This document shows positions 39,056 through 47,202 of a stretch of 64,000 bases of DNA, in pieces. The notes under the pieces were generated by a model. It was given only the letters and a program-made list of their open reading frames with translations, did not search any database and was not told where the DNA came from. This stretch comes from Syntrophomonadaceae bacterium (GTDB lineage: Bacteria; Bacillota; Dethiobacteria; DTU022). Both the position numbers and the translations under genes were made by a program. The stretch spans positions 9,471-73,470 of the forward strand of contig SKOR01000075.1 in NCBI GenBank assembly GCA_007119965.1, read 5' to 3'. Positions within the stretch are counted from its first letter, which is position 1; each line of letters begins with the position of its first letter.

Positions 39056-40216
39056 ATCGCCGACATCGCGGTTAAACCAGAGTTTGTTTTCCATCAGGGC
39101 TGCCATGTAATGAGGCAGGGAAGAGGGCCTTAAAACAGAGCGGGCATAAAGCAGAAAAGCTCCCCAGAGGCAGGCGGCAAAGTTTTTTCGAAAATGCTCA
39201 CTGAAAAATAAGTTGTAAAAATCTGCGGCATTACCACCCTTCCTCTCGGCCGCCCTGATTGCCTCAACGGCGAGGATAGAGCTGGAAAAAGAGTTGTAAA
39301 GGCCTTCTCCTGAAAAAGGTTCGACCAGGCCCGCAGCATCCCCGATTAACAGCAGGTTACCTTCAGCAACCTGTTGCAGCGGACCGAGAAAGGGCAGCGG
39401 CCAGGATGACGGGTTCATGTTTTCCGGCTCATCGTAAAATATTCTGTGGAAAGCCTTTATCAGCAGGCGCCTGCCTAAAAGGCCTCCTGCGCCGTGATTT
39501 GTCCAGTCAGGACCGCTAAATGACCAGCCCATCCCGCCCAGGAAAGGGAGGGGGTAAAATTTCAAAGTTCCCGTGTCAGCTACTTTTGACTTGGTATTAG
39601 TTATATGTGACAGGCCCCAGCCGCTCGGACCCTTCCTGTATTTTCTAAGCCCGGCAAGCTGTGCGGTAGCCCCCATAGCCCCGTCTGCGGCAACCAGGTA
39701 ACGGGCTTTTAATGATCCCCCGGCAGGCAGGCCGGTTTCCAGAAGGTAGTATGTGTCTTTCCCGTTTCCGGCACTAATTATATTTAACGCGTGCAGGGGT
39801 TCATTTTCTCTTAACCGGGCGCCCTTGCTGCGGGCATATTCAGCCAGCAGCCGGTCAAAATATTTCCTGTCGATAACCAGGCCCAGGCGTTTTTTGCTGT
39901 TATAAATATAAGGTTTTCTTTTCTTGATTACCGATACCTGGTAAACAGCCTCGGAGTGCAGCGAAGAAATTTTAAAATCACCGGGCAGCAGGGCAATGCT
40001 GCGAGCGGAAAGAAAACCGCCGCATATCTTTGTGCGGGGGTGCTTTTTGCTCTCCAGGAACACTGTCGACAACCCTGATTCAGCAGCCAGCGCTGCTGCA
40101 AGTGACCCGGCCGGGCCGCTTCCGATCACAGCCAGATCAAAAATATTATCTTCTCCGGGCGTCATACCCGGTTTGTTCCCTGTATTGCTGCCATGCTTAT
40201 TTACTGGCTCGTCCAT
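39008..40216 (-). CDS. Geranylgeranyl reductase family FAD-dependent oxidoreductase
   Basis: FAD dinucleotide-binding motif DLAVIGSGPAGSLAAALAAESG and the family-typical CGG motif. Its 3' end overlaps alr convergently by 48 nt. Confidence 0.7.
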   Translation of the reverse strand: MDEPVNKHGSNTGNKPGMTPGEDNIFDLAVIGSGPAGSLAAALAAESGLSTVFLESKKHPRTKICGGFLSARSIALLPGDFKISSLHSEAVYQVSVIKKRKPYIYNSKKRLGLVIDRKYFDRLLAEYARSKGARLRENEPLHALNIISAGNGKDTYYLLETGLPAGGSLKARYLVAADGAMGATAQLAGLRKYRKGPSGWGLSHITNTKSKVADTGTLKFYPLPFLGGMGWSFSGPDWTNHGAGGLLGRRLLIKAFHRIFYDEPENMNPSSWPLPFLGPLQQVAEGNLLLIGDAAGLVEPFSGEGLYNSFSSSILAVEAIRAAERKGGNAADFYNLFFSEHFRKNFAACLWGAFLLYARSVLRPSSLPHYMAALMENKLWFNRDVGDLAAQADDPLTDIIKD

Positions 40217-40724
40217 CCGGCAACCCCGGTTTCTTTATTATTTCCGGCACCGATGCTGATGTAACGGCCGGGCGCAATGCTGTTCAGGTTGTCAGGCCGA
40301 CTGCCGTTAAACAGCTTCGACCTGATTATAGCATAGTTTAAAAGGGAAGCGCTCTTATTTATAAACCTTACTGGCCGGGAGTCGCGATTAAAGTGCCGCA
40401 GGGTTTTACGGTATTAAAAAAGGAACTGTTTCGCTTACAGCCGGCCGGAGAAACGGATTGCTTCGGAGACGCGAGCAGGTCCTGAAAAATAAATATAGCC
40501 ATAGACCGGCGCTCTCCTTGACTGGACTTTGTATCTAGATTAAAATTATTCTGTGATACTTAAACCGCTCAAGATAAACAGATCCGGACTGCTGCGAAAT
40601 AAAACAGGCCTTAGAAACAGGTGCCTGTTACGCACGCTAGACGCTAAGTAACTACCGGAACCGGCTCAGGGAAGCCGGTTTATTGTTTTCAGGCTTTTAT
40701 TATTCCTACGGGAGGCTTATTAAT

Positions 40725-41027
40725 ATGGCTATTGATTTCAGCAGGGAAGTTGATTACGTAGCCCGGCTGGCCCGCCTTACGCTGGAGCCTGCAGAAAAAG
40801 AGCGCATGGCAGGTCAGTTAAGCGACATTTTAGATACCGCAAGGCGAATCCAGGAGCTTGACACTTCTGCAGTCGAGCCTACATCACATGTTGTTGACAT
40901 GCCAGCAGTCCTGCGCGATGATCAGACCAGGCCGTCTTTGATTTTAAGCAGGGTGCTGCAAAATGCCCCCCGCCGCCAGAAAGAATATTTCCGCGTTCCG
41001 AGTATCATCAGAACCGATCCCGATTGA
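40725..41027 (+). CDS. gatC: Asp/Glu-tRNA(Asn/Gln) amidotransferase subunit C
   Basis: 100-aa GatC (VDYVARLARLTLEPAEKERM...). RBS gggagg lies 9 nt upstream of the ATG at 40725. The longer upstream ORF is rejected. Confidence 0.85.
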   Translation: MAIDFSREVDYVARLARLTLEPAEKERMAGQLSDILDTARRIQELDTSAVEPTSHVVDMPAVLRDDQTRPSLILSRVLQNAPRRQKEYFRVPSIIRTDPD

Positions 41028-41076
41028 CCGGCCAGGAGCATTTTACCGGTTGATAACGTTAGAAAAGAGGGCTGAT

Positions 41077-42558
41077 ATGAAACTATACGAACAGACTGCA
41101 TCGAGTCTGAGCCAACTGCTTCAGAATAAAGAAGTCAGTTCTGTTGAAGTTGTGCTGAGTTTTCTGGATCGTATCGAACTGATTGAACCGTATGTAAAAG
41201 CGTTTATCACCCATACCCCGGCAATGGCTCTCGAGACGGCAAGTGTTGTCGACAGCAGGAGATCGGGCGGCGAGGAGCTGCATCCCCTGGCCGGGGTGCC
41301 GATAGCGGTTAAGGACAATATCAGTACACGGGGTTTGCGTACGACCTGCGCCTCGAAAATTTTAGAGAACTATATACCCCCTTATGATGCTACCGTCATA
41401 GAGTCATTAAAAACAGCCGGACTGCCCCTTTTGGGCAAAACCAACATGGATGAATTTGCGATGGGTTCTTCTACCGAAAACTCTGCCTTTTACCCTACCC
41501 GCAATCCATGGGATTTAGAGCGTGTCCCCGGCGGCTCCAGCGGCGGTTCAGCTGTTGCAGTTTCCACTGGCATGACCCCCCTGGCCCTCGGTTCTGATAC
41601 AGGCGGTTCAATCCGCCAGCCAGCCTCTTTGTGCGGTCTGACCGGCCTGCGGCCTACTTACGGCCGGGTTTCCCGCTATGGATTGATTGCCTTTGCTTCC
41701 TCTCTCGATCAAATCGGCCCGTTATCGCTGACTGCGCGGGATAGCGCCATGCTCATGAATGTCATCGCCGGCCATGATCCGCTCGATTCTACCGCTGTTT
41801 CAGAAGCGGTGCCCGATTATACAGCTCACCTCGAAGACGGGGTTAAGAAGCTAAGAATCGGCGTGATTAAACAGAATGTCGCCACGGGGTTTGATCCTGA
41901 GATAACTGCTGCCGTGATGAAAACGGTAACTCTTTTTAAAGATCACGGCGCAGAAGTCGACGAGGTTTCACTGCCCTTAACAGATTATGGGCTGGGGGCC
42001 TATTACCTGATTGCCCCCTCGGAAGCAAGCTCTAATCTCGGCCGTTATGATGGCGTTCGCTACGGCTATAACCACGGCGGAGACAATATCGAGACCATGT
42101 TCAGCGCTACCAGGGGCAAAGGGTTTGGAGCGGAAGTTAAACGCAGGATTATGATCGGAACCTATGCTTTAAGTGCCGGTTACTATGATGCCTACTACCT
42201 GCAGGCTATGAAAGTGAGAACCCTGATCCGCCGTGATTACGAAGCAGCCTTCAGGCGCTTCGACATCCTGGTCGGGGCTACCACACCCACCCCTGCTTTT
42301 AAAATCGGTGAAAAAATTGAAGATCCCCTCCAGATGTACCTGTCGGATGTTTGCAATATTACAGATGCCCTGGCCGGGGTGCCCTCGCTCTCCGTACCCT
42401 GCGGTATCAGTTCAGAAGGCCTTCCGCTTGGCATGCAGATGACAGCCTCCCCCTTCAGGGAAGGTCTGCTGTTGAAAGCAGCATGTTTCCTGGAGCAGAA
42501 GCGGGACCCTGTGTCCCTTCGCCCGAGGGTAAAGCTCCCCGAAGGAGGAGAAGTCTAA
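41077..42558 (+). CDS. gatA: Asp/Glu-tRNA(Asn/Gln) amidotransferase subunit A
   Basis: Amidase signature (GGSSGGSAVAVS) and Ser-cisSer-Lys triad context. The start is assigned to MKLYEQT at 41077 with an upstream RBS gaaaagagg. Confidence 0.9.
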   Translation: MKLYEQTASSLSQLLQNKEVSSVEVVLSFLDRIELIEPYVKAFITHTPAMALETASVVDSRRSGGEELHPLAGVPIAVKDNISTRGLRTTCASKILENYIPPYDATVIESLKTAGLPLLGKTNMDEFAMGSSTENSAFYPTRNPWDLERVPGGSSGGSAVAVSTGMTPLALGSDTGGSIRQPASLCGLTGLRPTYGRVSRYGLIAFASSLDQIGPLSLTARDSAMLMNVIAGHDPLDSTAVSEAVPDYTAHLEDGVKKLRIGVIKQNVATGFDPEITAAVMKTVTLFKDHGAEVDEVSLPLTDYGLGAYYLIAPSEASSNLGRYDGVRYGYNHGGDNIETMFSATRGKGFGAEVKRRIMIGTYALSAGYYDAYYLQAMKVRTLIRRDYEAAFRRFDILVGATTPTPAFKIGEKIEDPLQMYLSDVCNITDALAGVPSLSVPCGISSEGLPLGMQMTASPFREGLLLKAACFLEQKRDPVSLRPRVKLPEGGEV

Positions 42559-43998
42559 ATGAAATATGAAGTTGTAATTGGCCTTGAAATTCACCTCGAG
42601 CTGCAGACGCTCTCCAAATTGTTTTGCGGCTGCAGTACCACTTTCGGGCGGGAACCGAATACAAACTGTTGTCCGGTCTGCCTCGGCCTGCCGGGTAGCC
42701 TTCCGGTCTTTAACCGCAGGGCGATAGAAATGGCTGTTACTGTGGCCCTGGCCCTGAATAGCTGCATTCACCCGCAGAGCCGTTTTGACCGTAAAAACTA
42801 CTTCTACCCCGATCTGCCGAAAGCCTATCAGATCTCCCAGTATGACCGGCCGCTGTCCGGGGGCGGCTTTCTGCAGATTGAATTTGATGAAGAGGTAAGG
42901 AATATCAGCCTGGAAAGAGTGCACCTGGAAGAGGAAGCGGGTAAGTTAATCCATTCCGGGGAATCGATCATGGGTTCCGAATACTCCCTCGTCGATTACA
43001 ACCGGGCCGGGATTCCCCTGCTTGAAATAGTGACCGCTCCCAACCTGGCTTCCGGCCGTGAAGCGCGCCTCTTTTTGGAAGAACTGCGCTCTGTGCTGCT
43101 CTATACAGGTGCCTCTGACTGCAAAATGGAAGAAGGTTCGCTGCGCTGTGATGCCAATATCTCGCTCCGGCCGGCTGGACAGAAGGAACTCGGCACCAAG
43201 GTCGAGGTGAAAAACATGAACTCCTTCAGGTCTGTCGAGCTGGCCCTCAACTTTGAAGCAAACAGGCAGGAAGAGCTCTTGTCCGCCGGCGGCGTCGTAG
43301 TTCAGGAGACCTGCCACTGGGATGAAGAAAAAAAAGAAACCATTCCTCTCCGCGGGAAAGAAGGTTCCTCGGATTACCGTTATTTTCCCGAACCGGATCT
43401 CCTGCCCCTGGTTCTGGAGGATTCTTTTATTAATCAAATTGCCGCTACCCTGCCTGAACTGCCTGCTTCCCGCCGGGTCCGATTAAAAGAGCAGTATGGC
43501 CTTTCCGGCAGTGAAGCGGTTCTTTTTACAGTCAACCGCCCTCTGGGGGACTTTTTTGAGGCGGCAGCAAAATTATACAGTGACTATAAGAACCTGTCCA
43601 AGTGGGTCCGGGGCGATCTGCTCTACCAGCTGCGCGAAAGCGGTAAAACTGCAGCAGAAACTGATCCGCAAAAATTTGCCGAACTGTTAACCATGCTCGA
43701 CGGGGGTGAAATCAACCGCCCCGTGGCCAAGGAACTGCTTACTGAAATGGTCCTCAGCGGCAAAAGCCCGCAAAAGCTGGTGCGTGAAAAAGGTTTGGAA
43801 CAGATAGCAGGTGATGAGCAGCTGCTGCCCCTGATTGAGCAGGTTATTGCCGAAAACTCTGATGCCGTTGAAAGTTACCGGCAGGGGAAGGACAAAGCGC
43901 TTGCCTTCCTGGTAGGCAAAGTTATGGCTATGACAGGGGGCAGGGCTGACCCGGGCCGGTTAAATGAGATATTAAAAGAAAAAATCAGTAGAGGATAG
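42559..43998 (+). CDS. gatB: Asp/Glu-tRNA(Asn/Gln) amidotransferase subunit B
   Basis: MKYEVVIGLEIHLEL conserved N-terminus. Start abuts the gatA stop. Confidence 0.9.
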   Translation: MKYEVVIGLEIHLELQTLSKLFCGCSTTFGREPNTNCCPVCLGLPGSLPVFNRRAIEMAVTVALALNSCIHPQSRFDRKNYFYPDLPKAYQISQYDRPLSGGGFLQIEFDEEVRNISLERVHLEEEAGKLIHSGESIMGSEYSLVDYNRAGIPLLEIVTAPNLASGREARLFLEELRSVLLYTGASDCKMEEGSLRCDANISLRPAGQKELGTKVEVKNMNSFRSVELALNFEANRQEELLSAGGVVVQETCHWDEEKKETIPLRGKEGSSDYRYFPEPDLLPLVLEDSFINQIAATLPELPASRRVRLKEQYGLSGSEAVLFTVNRPLGDFFEAAAKLYSDYKNLSKWVRGDLLYQLRESGKTAAETDPQKFAELLTMLDGGEINRPVAKELLTEMVLSGKSPQKLVREKGLEQIAGDEQLLPLIEQVIAENSDAVESYRQGKDKALAFLVGKVMAMTGGRADPGRLNEILKEKISRG

Positions 43999-44009
43999 GC
44001 GGTGCTTTT

Positions 44010-45341
44010 ATGAAAAAAAGTAATAGCCTGGCTGTAGTCGGCGCCCAGTGGGGCGATGAAGGTAAAGGTAAGGTGATTGACTACCTGGCCAGCGTAGCCG
44101 ATGTCGTTGCCCGCTTTCAGGGCGGCAACAATGCCGGCCACACTGTTGTTTACGGCGCCAATATATTTAAACTGCACCATGTGCCTTCAGGAATTCTTAA
44201 TGCGGGGACCCTCTGTCTGCTGGGCAATGGCATGGTTGTAGATCCCCTGGTGCTGGTCGAAGAGCTGGCCGAACTGCAAAAGCGCGGAATCGATACCTCA
44301 AACCTGCGCATCAGCGGAAAAGCCCACCTGAACATGGCCTATCACAAGGATCTCGATGAAGCGAATGAAAAATTGCTGGGTGAAAAGAAGATCGGCACCA
44401 CTGGGCGCGGTATCGGTCCGGCTTATGCCGATAAAATCATGCGCCGAGGGATCAGGGCGATTGACATGACCGCTTATGAGCGTTTTCGCGAACGCCTGGC
44501 CGGCATACTGCCCCTGCAGAACCGTTTTTTGAAAGAAATATACGATCATGCCGGCTACGACCTGGATGAGCTGGCCGAACTTTACCGTCCCGCGCTGGAG
44601 AAGCTGGGTCCGATGGTTGCAGACAGTTCGCAGCTTTTAGTCGAAAACTTAAACGGGGGTAAAAAAGTTTTATTCGAAGGGGCACAGGGAGCCCTGCTTG
44701 ACATAGACCACGGCACCTACCCTTACGTTACCTCGTCATCTACCGTTGCCGCAGCGGCCGCTACAGGTAACGGTATCGGGCCGCAGCACATCAGCCAGGC
44801 CCTGGGGGTAATCAAGGCTTATACAACCAGGGTTGGGGAAGGCCCCTTCCCCACTGAAGATCACACCGAAGCCGGAGATCAGCTCAGGGAACGCGGCAAT
44901 GAATACGGGACAACCACGGGGCGCCCGCGTCGCTGCGGGTGGTTCGACGGCGTTATAGCCCGCTACGCAGCGATGGTAAACGGCCTGACCGGCCTGGCCG
45001 TGACAAAGCTCGACGTGCTCAGTGGTATGGACGAGGTTAATATGGCGGTTTCTTACCGCTGCGGGGAGGAAGTAATCAATAATTTTCCCCTAAGCATTGA
45101 AGAACTGAAAGAGTGCGAACCCGTTTACCGGTCATTTCCGGGCTGGGATGAGGATATTTCAAGAGCCCGCAGGCTGGAAGACCTTCCTGCGGCAGCCAGG
45201 AACTTCCTGGATGCCATTGAGGAAAGTGTCGGGATTAAGATTGAGCTGGTTTCAGTCGGCCCCGACCGCTCGCAGACAATTATCTGTAAGGGTTCGAACT
45301 TAGAATCATGGATTGCTTCCGGGCAACAAAAAAAGAGTTAA
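44010..45341 (+). CDS. purA: Adenylosuccinate synthetase
   Basis: P-loop QWGDEGKGK and the GIGP and TTGRPRRCGW motifs. Confidence 0.9.
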   Translation: MKKSNSLAVVGAQWGDEGKGKVIDYLASVADVVARFQGGNNAGHTVVYGANIFKLHHVPSGILNAGTLCLLGNGMVVDPLVLVEELAELQKRGIDTSNLRISGKAHLNMAYHKDLDEANEKLLGEKKIGTTGRGIGPAYADKIMRRGIRAIDMTAYERFRERLAGILPLQNRFLKEIYDHAGYDLDELAELYRPALEKLGPMVADSSQLLVENLNGGKKVLFEGAQGALLDIDHGTYPYVTSSSTVAAAAATGNGIGPQHISQALGVIKAYTTRVGEGPFPTEDHTEAGDQLRERGNEYGTTTGRPRRCGWFDGVIARYAAMVNGLTGLAVTKLDVLSGMDEVNMAVSYRCGEEVINNFPLSIEELKECEPVYRSFPGWDEDISRARRLEDLPAAARNFLDAIEESVGIKIELVSVGPDRSQTIICKGSNLESWIASGQQKKS

Positions 45342-45540
45342 AAAGCAGGATTATCGCACCCGTCGGTCGAATAGGTAAGTTTAATTTCAATTTTTCGCAC
45401 GTACCTGCTCAAACCTGCAAAGGGATCCGGATCTTCGGGCAGCTGCAAGCAAAGCATTTCCTTTCGCACTCTATATAAGATGCTGGACCTGGAATGTGGT
45501 TTATTTAAGAGACAATCTTTTTATGGGGGAGGAATAGTAT

Positions 45541-46044
45541 TTGCATAGCCTAAAGGTTTCAGCTAAAATTGTGATCAGTTTTCTGTTTTCTCTTATTGTG
45601 CTTCTAACTTACCTTACAATATCACTCTTCGGGGTTCAGGCCCGGGATACTGTTAGCTTAATCGTTACCGAGGCCACCGGCCTGGAGAGGGACCTGGTGA
45701 TGTTTACCGCCGACCTGCAGCCGCTGGTTATTCATAACGTATTCTGGCTTTGCCTTGCTTCATTCGGTTTTATGCTGATCTTCCTGTATTTTATCGATCA
45801 CAAGTTCAGGGATTTTCTCGGCCCGGGGATTCTTGTCCTGGCCATCACCTTGTTTTTGTTGGTCGTTGTTACGATATCGGCTGATCAGATGCTGCGCTTT
45901 GCCGGTCCCTCAACAGGAATGTATATTGAAACAGCCGTCACCCGCTTCAGGCAGGCCGTCATCGGCATGGTTGCATTTGGCTTAGTGCTGACTGCAGTTG
46001 CTTTACGGGGCGATCGGCTGTTCAAAAAGATCAAAGCAAGGTAA
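45541..46044 (+). CDS. Hypothetical membrane protein (4 TM helices), TTG start
   Basis: Hydrophobic helices. RBS gggggagg lies upstream of the TTG. Confidence 0.45.
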   Translation: MHSLKVSAKIVISFLFSLIVLLTYLTISLFGVQARDTVSLIVTEATGLERDLVMFTADLQPLVIHNVFWLCLASFGFMLIFLYFIDHKFRDFLGPGILVLAITLFLLVVVTISADQMLRFAGPSTGMYIETAVTRFRQAVIGMVAFGLVLTAVALRGDRLFKKIKAR

Positions 46045-46079
46045 TCTTGCACGACCTTACTTCTTAACCATGTCAAAAC

Positions 46080-46108
46080 AGGGGCGAATCAATCGCCCCT
46101 TTATCATT
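46080..46108 (+). terminator. Rho-independent terminator
   Basis: aggggcga / tcgcccct is an 8-bp stem with loop atcaa, followed by a T-rich tail. Confidence 0.55.
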
Positions 46109-46137
46109 TCAGAACCGCACAGAGGAGATGAAAACCT

Positions 46138-47202
46138 TTGTCTGTCCTGCATACGGCTGACCTGCACCTGACCGAAAAAGATGAAAAAGGCTGGGCCGCT
46201 CTCGATGAACTGGTCAGGCTGGCCGGGCAGCACAAAATCTCTGCGCTGGTTATTTCAGGAGATCTTTTTGATCACGGTACCGAAGCAGAAAAAATGAGAG
46301 GGCGGCTGCGCGCAGCGATCGGCAGCGGAGACTTTCAGACAGTAATCCTTCCGGGAAACCATGATCACAGTGCTTACCGCAGCGGTCTTTATTTCGGGGA
46401 GAATGTTACTGTAATCAACAACTGGCAGGAACCGGCGCTGATAGAAGATGCTGTTATCTGGGGTCTGCCCTATGAGCAGATCAGCGGAGAAAAATTGGTT
46501 AGCCGCCTGCGGGAAATGGCAGCCCTGATGAATCCCGATCAGGCCAATTACCTGTTATTCCACGGCGAACTGCTCGATGCTTACTTCTCCCGTGAAGATA
46601 TGGGTGACGAAGGGAACCTGCGCTACATGCCCGCCAGGCTTTCCTATTTCGCGCCCCTGCCCCTGCAGTATGTTTTAGCAGGCCATTTCCACTCACGCTA
46701 CGCCAGCTGGAAGCTGCCCGGGGGAGGGCTGTTTATCTATCCCGGTTCGCCTGTTGCTGTAACCAGGCGGGAAACAGGAGTCAGGAAAGCAAACCTGATC
46801 AGCGCCGGTGAAGTCCCGCTTGAAATACCCCTCAATACTAATCATTACGAAGAGATGGTTCTGGAACTCGATCCCTTCAGCCATGAAGACCCCCTTGAAG
46901 TTCTGGATCATAAGTTAAAACTGACCCATCCCCTGGCCAAAATATTACTTACCGTGCAGGGTCTTTTCGACGGTTCTGCCCTGGGCCTGACTGAAAAAGA
47001 ACTGGTTGCAGCCATCAAGAAGAGGGCAGGCGAACGCTTTGCCGATGAGCCCGGCCTGGAATTAGCTGATGTCCGGCACATCCTTGAAGATGATCTCTTC
47101 AGGCAGTTCAAAGAGAAGCTTGATCAAACCGATTGCCCTGGCGAACAGAAAGAAAAGATCAAAGAGATGCTGATCAGTGCCTTCAGGGTGGTGAAAGCAT
47201 GA
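46138..47202 (+). CDS. Mre11/SbcD-like metallophosphoesterase nuclease (B. subtilis YhaO-like), TTG start
   Basis: Calcineurin-like phosphoesterase motifs (DLHL, GDLFDHG, GNHD, GHFH). Confidence 0.75.
   Translation: MSVLHTADLHLTEKDEKGWAALDELVRLAGQHKISALVISGDLFDHGTEAEKMRGRLRAAIGSGDFQTVILPGNHDHSAYRSGLYFGENVTVINNWQEPALIEDAVIWGLPYEQISGEKLVSRLREMAALMNPDQANYLLFHGELLDAYFSREDMGDEGNLRYMPARLSYFAPLPLQYVLAGHFHSRYASWKLPGGGLFIYPGSPVAVTRRETGVRKANLISAGEVPLEIPLNTNHYEEMVLELDPFSHEDPLEVLDHKLKLTHPLAKILLTVQGLFDGSALGLTEKELVAAIKKRAGERFADEPGLELADVRHILEDDLFRQFKEKLDQTDCPGEQKEKIKEMLISAFRVVKA

Noticed and set aside
40217-40724. Possible T-box or other leader upstream of gatCAB (500-nt gap with the hairpin aaccggct-caggga-agccggtt followed by a T-rich tail)
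   Set aside because: I saw no recognisable T-box conserved sequence (AGGGTGGNACCGCG) or specifier-loop architecture. The hairpin may simply be a terminator-like or attenuator element. I leave it uncalled pending a covariance-model scan.
40683-41076. Extended N-termini suggested by the ORF track for gatC (from 40683) and gatA (from 40963)
   Set aside because: Homology and RBS placement support starts at 40725 (MAIDFSREV) and 41077 (MKLYEQT). The upstream parts have no homology support and would overlap gatC.
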